From: a virus
Taxonomy: Duplodnaviria; Caudoviricetes
IMG/VR virus record: IMGVR_UViG_3300010352_001543
Length of the DNA: 64,000 nucleotides
Direction: 5' to 3' (one strand)
The notes under the pieces: model-generated
The model's database searches: none
Seen by the model: only the letters and a program-made list of their open reading frames with translations
What the model was told of the DNA's origin: nothing
Shown: piece by piece, positions 19,440-27,110 of the stretch
How positions within the stretch are numbered: position 1 is the stretch's first letter
How the letters are laid out: the number at the start of each line of letters is the position of its first letter
Position numbers and translations under genes: made by a program

Positions 19440-19528
19440 TTTTAAGAAAGATTATTAAAGAAGTTATAATAGATGAATCAATTATATAATCAAAATAACC
19501 CTCTAATTATATATTTAAAATTAATATT

Positions 19529-19634
19529 TGCTCCATGACAAGGAATCGAACCTTGAACTGAAATGTAATCTTTCTCCGTTTGTCATACAGAGAAATCAAA
19601 CAAAAACAGGTTATCCATTTATAACTCATGAAAC
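19529..19634 (-). ncRNA. tRNA-like RNA with long acceptor and anticodon arms
   Basis: T-arm CAAGG-TTCGATT-CCTTG, D-like GTTAT/ATAAC, 9-bp acceptor-like stem. Confidence 0.6.
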
Positions 19635-19841
19635 CTTGAAACATTTTTGTTTTATACAAATTCGGTGATTTAATTTATGTACTTCTATTAATCAATAAAT
19701 TATAAACATAAATTTTGTTTTTTTTACTAATATATATAAATTTATCAACTTGAATTTTAATTGAACCAACAGGCAACAATTTTGTTGACACAGTTTAGTA
19801 TTTCATTTCAAAAATTGTTTCAAAGAACGACGTTCTATTTT

Positions 19842-20108
19842 CTAACCTTCTAAAATTGTATATTCAGCAACTCTTCTGAAAAAGTAAACTGTTTTATCCA
19901 ATTCAATTTTTCCGTTCGATGCTGCATTGGTCAAATGACCTTCTGTTTCTTTCCAAAGTACAACCGGACCAAGTTCCGGAAAATTAGCACCATAAAAAGG
20001 ACTTTCGATTGGATATGCTTTACGGTAACATTTTGATTCTATTGACAAAGCTATTTCTTTAGCTGCATTGAAATTATTTAATTCGGTATTTTGAGATTCT
20101 GTTAGCAT
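19842..20108 (-). CDS. hypothetical protein
   Basis: 88 aa ORF with RBS behind ECF-type promoter. Confidence 0.7.
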   Translation of the reverse strand: MLTESQNTELNNFNAAKEIALSIESKCYRKAYPIESPFYGANFPELGPVVLWKETEGHLTNAASNGKIELDKTVYFFRRVAEYTILEG

Positions 20109-20155
20109 TTTCTATTTTCCTAAAATTATTAGTTTTATTTAATTTATAATATATT

Positions 20156-20181
20156 GACGTTACTAATAAATTTTTATTGTA
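20156..20181 (-). promoter_or_regulatory. ECF-type promoter TACAAT-N16-CGTC
   Basis: Motif copy. Confidence 0.75.
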
Positions 20182-20184
20182 ACG

Positions 20185-20224
20185 AAAAATAAAAAAGATC
20201 TAAACTTTTTCAAATTTAGATCTT
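20185..20224 (-). terminator. terminator of tRNA operon
   Basis: AAGATCTAAA/TTTAGATCTT stem plus U-tract. Confidence 0.7.
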
Positions 20225-20225
20225 C

Positions 20226-20302
20226 TGGCGGAACCATCGGGATTCGAACCCGAGATCTCTTGATAGACAGTCAAGCGCTTTAACCAACTAAGCTATGATT
20301 CC
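20226..20302 (-). tRNA. tRNA-Asp(GTC)
   Basis: Cloverleaf; CCA encoded. Confidence 0.92.
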
Positions 20303-20309
20303 ATTTCGG

Positions 20310-20382
20310 TGGATTATAAAGGACTTGAACCTTCACCTTCGGTATGCAAAACCGATATGCTCCCAATTAACACTAATAACCC
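20310..20382 (-). tRNA. tRNA-Ala(TGC)
   Basis: Cloverleaf; G3:U70. Confidence 0.9.
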
Positions 20383-20389
20383 GTTCTTG

Positions 20390-20462
20390 TACGTCTAAGC
20401 AGGATCGAACTGCTACCAATGGATTGAAGGTCCATTAAACTATCCATTTATTCTATAGACGC
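20390..20462 (-). tRNA. tRNA-Glu(TTC)? atypical loop CCTTCAA
   Basis: Cloverleaf; C at position 33 makes identity uncertain. Confidence 0.6.
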
Positions 20463-20469
20463 ATAATTG

Positions 20470-20541
20470 AGACATCGGTGAGAATCGCACTCACATAAAC
20501 GGTTTTGCAGACCGCTACCTAAACTATTCGGACACGATGTC
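20470..20541 (-). tRNA. tRNA-Cys(GCA)
   Basis: Cloverleaf; U73. Confidence 0.88.
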
Positions 20542-20553
20542 GTTGCTGTTTTG

Positions 20554-20627
20554 TGCCTTGACGTGGTAACGCTCCACGCTCTTCGGTGTTTCAAACCGAT
20601 GCTTTCTACTTGATTAGCTTTCAAGGC
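20554..20627 (-). tRNA. tRNA-Phe(GAA)
   Basis: Cloverleaf; atypical T-loop. Confidence 0.8.
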
Positions 20628-20635
20628 ATTTCTTG

Positions 20636-20708
<73 letters not shown>

Positions 20709-20715
20709 AATTTTG

Positions 20716-20790
20716 TGAAAATAGAAGGATTTGAACCTTCGACCATCTGCGTGTAAAACAGATGCTCTATACCAACTGAGCTATATTTTC
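20716..20790 (-). tRNA. tRNA-Val(TAC)
   Basis: Cloverleaf. Confidence 0.92.
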
Positions 20791-20795
20791 ATCTG

Positions 20796-20869
20796 TGGAC
20801 CCTGTTGGGATTGAACCAACGATTTCTGAGTTATGAGCTCAGTACTTTTACCAACTAAGTTAAAGGTCC
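20796..20869 (-). tRNA. tRNA-Met/Ile2(CAT)
   Basis: Cloverleaf. Confidence 0.88.
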
Positions 20870-20877
20870 ATTACTTG

Positions 20878-20951
20878 CACTGATAGTTAGATTCGAACTA
20901 ACATTTATCAAATTAGAAGTTTGATGCTCTATCCAGTTGAGCTATATCAGC
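20878..20951 (-). tRNA. tRNA-Arg(TCT)
   Basis: Cloverleaf. Confidence 0.92.
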
Positions 20952-20960
20952 GTTGTTTTG

Positions 20961-21033
20961 TAGCGGACCCGGAACCTGCCTCCGGAACTACAGCTTATGA
21001 GACTGTCGAGATAACTAATTTCTCTAATCCGCT
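20961..21033 (-). tRNA. tRNA-Met(CAT), atypical
   Basis: Cloverleaf; deviant D and T loops. Confidence 0.75.
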
Positions 21034-21040
21034 ATTTTTG

Positions 21041-21112
21041 CACGTCGAGCAGGTCTCGAACCTGAACCCGTGGGTTTGGAATCCACTACTCTACCAATTG
21101 AGCTATCGACGT
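21041..21112 (-). tRNA. tRNA-Trp(CCA)
   Basis: Cloverleaf; G73. Confidence 0.88.
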
Positions 21113-21120
21113 ATATCTTG

Positions 21121-21194
21121 AGCGCCTACCCGGGGTTGAACCGAGACATTTTGGTTGGAAGCCAAACATGCTAATCCATTAACATCATAGGCGC
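21121..21194 (-). tRNA. tRNA-Gly(TCC)
   Basis: Cloverleaf; U73. Confidence 0.9.
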
Positions 21195-21200
21195 GTTTTG

Positions 21201-21283
21201 CAGAAGCAACCGGATTTGAACCGATACATCCTTTCGGACAACTCATTAGCGGTGAGTAGCAATACCAATTATGCGATGCTTCT
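21201..21283 (-). tRNA. tRNA-Ser(GCT)
   Basis: Long variable arm; C33. Confidence 0.85.
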
Positions 21284-21286
21284 ATC

Positions 21287-21361
21287 GGGTAATTAATGAG
21301 GAACGATCTCATACTTTCAGCTTCACAGGCTGGGGTGCTAACCAATTACACCATAATTACC
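21287..21361 (-). tRNA. tRNA-His(GTG)
   Basis: Cloverleaf; G-1:C73. Confidence 0.85.
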
Positions 21362-21373
21362 GTGTTTAAAAAA

Positions 21374-21409
21374 TGCACCAAATATTCTATCCAGTTGAGC
21401 TAATGGTGC
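21374..21409 (-). pseudogene. internally deleted tRNA remnant (Arg-like)
   Basis: GCACCATTAGCTCAACTGGATAGAATA fused directly to TTTGGTGCA. Confidence 0.7.
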
Positions 21410-21423
21410 GTTTTTTATTATTG

Positions 21424-21495
21424 AGCTCACAAAAGGAATCGAACCCTTATCTGAAGATTACAAGTCATCTGTTCTACCAATTGAACTATGCGAGC
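21424..21495 (-). tRNA. tRNA-Thr(TGT)
   Basis: Cloverleaf. Confidence 0.88.
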
Positions 21496-21498
21496 ATT

Positions 21499-21575
21499 TG
21501 GTTGTCTATCAAGGATTTGAACCTAAATCTTTGCTGTATCAGAGCAACATTCTAACCGGATTGAACTAATAGACA
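21499..21575 (-). tRNA. tRNA-Ile(GAT)
   Basis: Cloverleaf; CCA encoded. Confidence 0.88.
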
Positions 21576-21585
21576 ATATTATATG

Positions 21586-21670
21586 TGTCAGAGGTGGGCA
21601 TCGAACCCACATGGAATTTCTTCCACGGGTTTTTAAGACCCGTGCGTACTACCAATTTCGCCACTCCGAC
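21586..21670 (-). tRNA. tRNA-Leu(TAA)
   Basis: Long variable arm. Confidence 0.92.
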
Positions 21671-21678
21671 ATTTTAAG

Positions 21679-21752
21679 TAATCACGCTAAGATTTGAACT
21701 TAGACTTTATGACTTTTGAAATCATCGCCACTGCCAATTGGGCTACGTGATC
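21679..21752 (-). tRNA. tRNA-Leu(CAA), short variable arm
   Basis: Cloverleaf. Confidence 0.85.
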
Positions 21753-21760
21753 ATTTGAAG

Positions 21761-22576
21761 TAACCCTACTTGGATTTGAACCAAGACTTTTTATATCAAA
21801 TCTAAAAACCCTTCACTGGAAAACCATCTTCTTTTAAATTCTTTGTGATTTATCCGTGTAACATTATATCCAATATCCTTTAAATAATTATCTCTTATCT
21901 TATCTTTTTCTATCGTCTTTTCATGTTGATTACCATCTAATTCTATTATTAATTTTTTATCTTCAAATGTATAATCTGCGAATATGTTCTTTTTATCTTT
22001 CTCATTATAAAAATGTCTATTATACTGATATTCAATTTTATTAGATATCAAATATTTTTCAAAATTTTCTTCCATCCACGATCTCTTATGACTTCCGTAT
22101 ATCTTATGATTTTCTGGATTTTTTAGCCATTCTGTTCTTGCTTTTGAAATTTTAGACCTTCTTATTAATTCTTTCTCTGTAGTAGAAGCTCGACCAGTTG
22201 GAGCTTTAGTTATTCCATTTTTCATATTTAATGAGCTATTAATAGAGTTTCTTTTGATTCTTTCATCTGTGTACTTTGTCAATCCTTTAGACCAACCTCT
22301 TTTAGCAAGATCATCAACAGACATTTCATCTTTTCTCTTCTGGACAATTCTACCATCATTGTAGCATTTTTTAACACCTTCACTATTCTTTTTTCTATTT
22401 GTCGGACAACTATTATAAGATTTAGAGCAACACCATTTTCCACTTTTAGATTGATATATTGCTTCTTGTCCACATCCATACTCACATAATTGAATTTCAT
22501 CCATAATACACTATAATATTTTTAATAATATAGTATATATTTGAGACTGTCTCCTCTGCCGTTGGGATATAGGGTC
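21761..22576 (-). pseudogene. tRNA-Leu(CAA) split by endonuclease gene (5' half 22540-22576, 3' half 21761-21790)
   Basis: Acceptor strands GACCCTA/TAGGGTT pair; D-arm and anticodon upstream, T-arm downstream. Confidence 0.85.
21791..22504 (-). CDS. putative homing endonuclease (Zn-ribbon plus DUF559/Vsr-like domain)
   Basis: CEYGCG...WCCS...CP; ADY...IIELDGNQH...DKIRD.YL...GY.V.RI. Confidence 0.85.
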   Translation of the reverse strand: MDEIQLCEYGCGQEAIYQSKSGKWCCSKSYNSCPTNRKKNSEGVKKCYNDGRIVQKRKDEMSVDDLAKRGWSKGLTKYTDERIKRNSINSSLNMKNGITKAPTGRASTTEKELIRRSKISKARTEWLKNPENHKIYGSHKRSWMEENFEKYLISNKIEYQYNRHFYNEKDKKNIFADYTFEDKKLIIELDGNQHEKTIEKDKIRDNYLKDIGYNVTRINHKEFKRRWFSSEGFLDLI

Positions 22577-22586
22577 ATTTTACAGG

Positions 22587-22667
22587 TGCCGTTTTATGGA
22601 ATTGAACCATACTGTACTAAGTACAAAAGTTTTACAGACTTCGTCGCCACCTTGGCTGTTAAACGGC
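22587..22667 (-). tRNA. tRNA-Tyr(GTA)
   Basis: Long variable arm. Confidence 0.82.
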
Positions 22668-22675
22668 TTTTTATT

Positions 22676-22751
22676 TGGCTCATCGGGTAGGACTCGAACC
22701 TACAATCGCCGCGTTAACAGCGCGGTACTCTACCAATTGAGTTACCGATGA
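22676..22751 (-). tRNA. tRNA-Asn(GTT)
   Basis: Cloverleaf; CCA encoded. Confidence 0.92.
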
Positions 22752-22762
22752 ATTTTAATCTG

Positions 22763-22835
22763 CTGCCGGTGAATGATTTGAACATTCATAAACGGCTTCA
22801 AAGGCCGTTGTCTTAACCAGTTGGACGAACCGACA
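22763..22835 (-). tRNA. tRNA-Gln(TTG)
   Basis: Cloverleaf. Confidence 0.88.
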
Positions 22836-22852
22836 GTATTTTATTTTCTAAT

Positions 22853-22863
22853 TTTCAAAGGAC
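22853..22863 (-). promoter_or_regulatory. boxA-like antitermination element GTCCTTTGAAA
   Basis: Resembles rrn boxA; second copy GTTCTTTGAAA at 19818-19828. Confidence 0.5.
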
Positions 22864-22871
22864 TAAGGCGG

Positions 22872-22944
22872 TCAGTGCGCAGCGACTTGAACGCTGACTC
22901 CTGGCTCCCAAAACCAGTGGATTAACCAATTTTCCTACGCACTG
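22872..22944 (-). tRNA. tRNA-Pro(TGG)
   Basis: Cloverleaf. Confidence 0.9.
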
Positions 22945-22952
22945 AGTATAAT

Positions 22953-23048
22953 AAAAAACCGAATTTCTTGTTTAGTGAAATCCGGTTTAATATTTTTAAT
23001 TTTTTATGAATAAAACGTTTTTAAAACGTTTCAAAACAAACCGGATTT
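22953..23048 (-). promoter_or_regulatory. terminator/antiterminator (attenuator)
   Basis: Terminator 22953-22988; 23038-23048 is an 11-nt perfect complement of its 5' arm. Confidence 0.7.
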
Positions 23049-23215
23049 ATCTTTCTTGCTGCTCCACTAAATAGATAGCTTTCATGATCATTATTGTTGA
23101 CGTTTTGTATCGAACAATAAAATTCACTGCCAGGTTTCGTTGAGCTGGTTGAGCTGGTTGAGCTGGTTAAGGGGCAATTTCTGCTAATCTGATATGTCAT
23201 GTTTGATGTTTTCAT
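23021..23215 (-). CDS. putative leader peptide of tRNA operon
   Basis: 64 aa after AATATATA; contains (ACCAGCTCA)x3 repeat; overlaps antiterminator. Confidence 0.6.
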   Translation of the reverse strand: MKTSNMTYQISRNCPLTSSTSSTSSTKPGSEFYCSIQNVNNNDHESYLFSGAARKINPVCFETF

Positions 23216-23310
23216 ATAATCTATATATTAAAGTTAATTTCTACTGAATGTGTTTTTACACCTTATTTTACAATTTTCTTTCACTTTTTGAAAGAAAGTT
23301 TTTAATTATT

Positions 23311-23628
23311 TTATTTTTTAGGAGCGTAATCTTCATCTGATAACACATATCCTTCTCTTTCAAGCTCCTTGATAATCTTTTTTATCATTGTAGATCTAAA
23401 CGAAGGTCTTGTGGCTACATCTTTGGACCAAACACCTTTCCTATAAATAATTTCATAGTTTGTATTATTTCCGTTAAAATATGAAGTAATAAAAGCGTAT
23501 TTACCTTCATCGTTTTTATAAAGAGAATAACCTTCAGCACTGTTCTTAATATCAGTTTCCGTAATTCCCTCATTTAACTTATTTTCATTCAAAAAGAATT
23601 CTTCTCTTGTTAATACATGCTTATTCAT
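23311..23628 (-). CDS. putative internal head protein
   Basis: KHVLTREEFFLNENKLNE. Confidence 0.65.
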   Translation of the reverse strand: MNKHVLTREEFFLNENKLNEGITETDIKNSAEGYSLYKNDEGKYAFITSYFNGNNTNYEIIYRKGVWSKDVATRPSFRSTMIKKIIKELEREGYVLSDEDYAPKK

Positions 23629-23664
23629 AAAATTTCTTATTTTTTGTTTTGTTAAAATTATAAA

Positions 23665-23690
23665 GACGAAGCAATTTAATTTTTATTGTC
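23665..23690 (-). promoter_or_regulatory. ECF-type promoter GACAAT-N16-CGTC
   Basis: Motif copy. Confidence 0.72.
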
Positions 23691-24104
23691 GTATAGTTTT
23701 GACAATTTCGGTATTTTGCTGTCTTCTACAAATATTTTAAATGTTTCATCATTTATTAAAGATTCATATACTTCTACGTACTTGTCCTGAGCTTTAGGAA
23801 AAAAGTGCGATTTCAGCATCACAGTAATCACCTTAAAAATCCATTCCTTTCCTTTCCGGACCAATGCTCCAACAATGTTTAAATTTGATTTCAATCCATG
23901 AATTACAAATGTTTTAGCACCTTGTAAATTCTTTGTTAGGATGTTTGCTGATTTTCTAACAAGTTCTTCAATGTCTTCCCTTTTGATGTTTATAGGCAAC
24001 CCATTCCGCTCTCTGGAACGATCCATTGCATGAGTTGTCAGAAGAACATCAATTTCGTGTTGTTCTTCGTTTAGTAAAAGGGACCAGTCAAAGTAAATTT
24101 TCAT
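23676..24104 (-). CDS. hypothetical protein, possible BECR-fold RNase-like
   Basis: T.HA.DR..ER ... VITV pattern; N-terminal LLNEE. Confidence 0.55.
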   Translation of the reverse strand: MKIYFDWSLLLNEEQHEIDVLLTTHAMDRSRERNGLPINIKREDIEELVRKSANILTKNLQGAKTFVIHGLKSNLNIVGALVRKGKEWIFKVITVMLKSHFFPKAQDKYVEVYESLINDETFKIFVEDSKIPKLSKLYDNKN

Positions 24105-24109
24105 ACTTT

Positions 24110-24508
24110 CTATAATTTTTGTTGTAGTTCTTCAAGTGAGTACTTTTCAAACATTTGACAAAGAATGCCAAATTTTTCTTCATCAGCTAAATTGTTAATA
24201 GAAGGAAAATCATAATTATATCCTAATTGCTTATTTAAAAAATCACTCAAGTCTTTGTCTGACATATTGCTTAAAATTTCTTCTGCGTCATCTTTGTCTA
24301 AATCCACATCAACAATCACATAGTCTTCTTCAATATTAGTATAAATTTTTACCTCATGAGAATCATCCATCGAGTCTAATATTTCTTCTAATTGCTGTTT
24401 TTGAGTTTCATCATCAAAACTATAGGCACTGAAAAATTCTCTAACATCATCCATATCAAATACTATATATTTATGAAAGTCAACCGACACTTCTTTTTCA
24501 ATCCACAT
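24110..24508 (-). CDS. acidic hypothetical protein
   Basis: 132 aa ORF. Confidence 0.65.
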   Translation of the reverse strand: MWIEKEVSVDFHKYIVFDMDDVREFFSAYSFDDETQKQQLEEILDSMDDSHEVKIYTNIEEDYVIVDVDLDKDDAEEILSNMSDKDLSDFLNKQLGYNYDFPSINNLADEEKFGILCQMFEKYSLEELQQKL

Positions 24509-24587
24509 TATATGTATTCCTTAAAATATAAAATCCGTTTTCTTTTTTATACAATCAAGAAAACGGATTTGAACAACTAAATAATAT

Positions 24588-24878
24588 TTATTCAGATTTT
24601 TTCTGAACAACTTTTAGTTCTTTTATATAATCACTACCATCGCCATCCCAGCCAAATGTTTTTTCATAGTCACTGTCATTCGGATCAACAACAATCGAAA
24701 ATGAATGCCCTATATTTCCAATCTGTGCAATATACTCTATCAATTCTTTTAGTTGATTTTCTGTATCTCTACAGTAAATGATATACTGGTCACAATCAGA
24801 ATTATTTAGACCTTCATTTAATTTTGATTCATTTACAAAAGATGTAAATGTTTTTACATGTTTTAAATTTTTTTCCAT
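24588..24878 (-). CDS. putative internal head protein
   Basis: KHVKTFTSFVNESKLNE. Confidence 0.65.
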   Translation of the reverse strand: MEKNLKHVKTFTSFVNESKLNEGLNNSDCDQYIIYCRDTENQLKELIEYIAQIGNIGHSFSIVVDPNDSDYEKTFGWDGDGSDYIKELKVVQKKSE

Positions 24879-24895
24879 ATTTTGTTTTTTGATTT

Positions 24896-26248
24896 CTATT
24901 TTTCGATAAAGACAGTTCGTTTCTTATCATATTCTCTTTCGGGCGCTACTACGGAGCCACAATTATAGCATTTATATAGATGAATATTTTCATCTAAGCT
25001 TATAATTTTTCCATTTGACCACACAGGAGTTAAGTAAATATCTTTATTCTTTATATATTTCAAAGACAACCAATCTATATTTGTTTCTTCTTTCAAAACA
25101 TTTCCTTCTAATATTCTTTTAATATTGATTTTTACCTCTTCTTGATTACTATTCCATTCGTAATCCCAAATAAAATATAAATCTATATTTTTATTTAATG
25201 CTTCCATTTTCTTGTCTAAATGATAAGTAGACTCTTTAAATTTATCAGAATGCCAATATGAACCATTGAATTCAAATCCTATGTTTTTAGAAGGAATTAA
25301 AATATCTATTTCTTGATATTTTAATATTGTTCTATCATTAGTTTTGACCTCATAACCTAAGGATTCGATATAAGTAGAAATTTCTACTTCGGTTTTATTA
25401 ATCAAATGTTTTCCATTGTTCAACGAACATGAAACACCATATCTTTCTATATGAGTTTGTCTTGATTTATTTCTTATTTCTTCCGAACTCCATGAACCAT
25501 ATCTTTCGAGTCTGGTCATTAGTGTTTTTTGTTTACATATATCAGATTGTGATGGATACGCAACACCATATTTTTTTAGATTTGTATCTATTGATTTGTT
25601 TTTTGATTCTTCTAACTGCATTGGATTTTCTACACCATGTTTCTGCATATGTGTTTTCTTGCGTCTATTTATTATTTCATGATTTTGCATTGGATTTTCT
25701 ACACCGTATCTATCGAACATAGTATGTTTTATTATACCTTTAATTTCTTCTGATAGATAAGGAGACTCAACACCATAATTTTTAAAACAAGTTTCTTTAA
25801 ATTTCTTTCTTATTTTTTTAGATTGCATAGGTGATCTTACACCATTATTTTTAAGGCATGTTTCTTGAATCTTATTTTTTATTATATCTAACTTACTTGG
25901 ATTTTCAACACCATATCTTTCTATACATGTTCTTTTCCTTTTTTCTTTTGCTTTTTTCTTTTTACATTTATCACAATCTGATTTATAAACATTATTTTTT
26001 ATCAGATTTAGATTACCCAATAACACTGGTTCTTCTTTACAGGTAGAACAATATAAAATTTCTAATTTTTCATTAAATATATGCCAAAGTCGTTGAATTT
26101 CATTATCATCATAATAATCATCTAAAAATTTAGTCAGCTCTTTTATTTTATCTATTAACTCTGGATTTTTACTTACTGCACTTCTAAATTTATAGATATA
26201 TAATCTAAAATTTTTTGAATCTTCTTTAATTTTTTGTAGTTGTTCCAT
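24896..26248 (-). CDS. putative homing endonuclease with YGVENP repeats and Vsr-like domain
   Basis: About 8 (K/R)YGV.NP-type repeats; EIDI.IP...GFEFNGSYWH. Confidence 0.82.
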   Translation of the reverse strand: MEQLQKIKEDSKNFRLYIYKFRSAVSKNPELIDKIKELTKFLDDYYDDNEIQRLWHIFNEKLEILYCSTCKEEPVLLGNLNLIKNNVYKSDCDKCKKKKAKEKRKRTCIERYGVENPSKLDIIKNKIQETCLKNNGVRSPMQSKKIRKKFKETCFKNYGVESPYLSEEIKGIIKHTMFDRYGVENPMQNHEIINRRKKTHMQKHGVENPMQLEESKNKSIDTNLKKYGVAYPSQSDICKQKTLMTRLERYGSWSSEEIRNKSRQTHIERYGVSCSLNNGKHLINKTEVEISTYIESLGYEVKTNDRTILKYQEIDILIPSKNIGFEFNGSYWHSDKFKESTYHLDKKMEALNKNIDLYFIWDYEWNSNQEEVKINIKRILEGNVLKEETNIDWLSLKYIKNKDIYLTPVWSNGKIISLDENIHLYKCYNCGSVVAPEREYDKKRTVFIEK

Positions 26249-26348
26249 TTTTACTTTTATTTTTAATGTAGTTTAAATATAAAATGGTGGAGTATCCAAC
26301 TACAAAATACATACTCCACCGAAATAAGGATTAATTACTTCCCTATTT

Positions 26349-27092
26349 TTAACTTTTCACTTTAACAATATTAGAGCATATTCCACTCTTTGATGCATTA
26401 ACAATAGTTTGTGCTGCTGCCCCTGACACAGGTAATTTAGCATCTATCATTTTTGCTAAATTTCCAATCATATCCATAAGTGGTCCACATTTTGCCAGTG
26501 GTTCAGTACATGTTTCAGCTCCTAAATTTATGTCATCACAATCTATACTCCATTTATCATCGGCATGTTCTAACACTTTTCCATCCACCATTTCGATATA
26601 TGATGTTTTCCCTGAATGATAAATTTTAACATGTGTATCCTTATCAATATTAATTATTGACTCTTTGTGAAACAATAACAAACCTTGTTTTTGCGTGTAG
26701 AAAATACGGACCTGTTCATCTACATCCATTATCAGTACCTGACTATTAATATAGTCATCTTTGATCAACGTTTGCATTTCTGGATTCATTATTTCAACTT
26801 CTTTGTATTGTGGAGAATATAAATCTCCACCAGCAAATTGAACTGTTACTAATGTGTTTAATTTTGGAAACGAAAACGAACCAAAACCTCCACCTCCACC
26901 ATCTGCATTTTCAGCTGTCTTAGCAAAAATAGTAGATCTCATAGGGAACGCCCACGGCAAATTAGCAGGTTCAATATCATCAAACTTACTGAATATTTTT
27001 ATCTTGCAGCGTCCTAAATAGAGTGGATCTTTATTATCAACTACTACACCTAAAAAGGTACCTTCTAAATCTTCTGTCTTAAAATCTGTCAT
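26349..27092 (-). CDS. baseplate spike gp5-like (N-terminal OB fold)
   Basis: GVVVDNKDP..LGRCKI...LPWA.P...P.....V.V.F..GD...P.Y. Confidence 0.85.
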   Translation of the reverse strand: MTDFKTEDLEGTFLGVVVDNKDPLYLGRCKIKIFSKFDDIEPANLPWAFPMRSTIFAKTAENADGGGGGFGSFSFPKLNTLVTVQFAGGDLYSPQYKEVEIMNPEMQTLIKDDYINSQVLIMDVDEQVRIFYTQKQGLLLFHKESIINIDKDTHVKIYHSGKTSYIEMVDGKVLEHADDKWSIDCDDINLGAETCTEPLAKCGPLMDMIGNLAKMIDAKLPVSGAAAQTIVNASKSGICSNIVKVKS

Positions 27093-27110
27093 TATATACT
27101 ATATATTCTC

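Noticed and set aside
19529-19634. tmRNA or tRNA-Sec
   Set aside because: No G3:U70 alanine acceptor or tag frame; no UCA anticodon or long variable arm
21791-22540. Group I intron in tRNA-Leu
   Set aside because: Insert is nearly all ORF, no catalytic core is visible, and the anticodon-stem 3' strand is missing
23236-23255. Second Cas12a repeat AATTTCTACTGAATG
   Set aside because: Lacks the GTAGA 3' arm and is on the opposite strand; no CRISPR array can be supported
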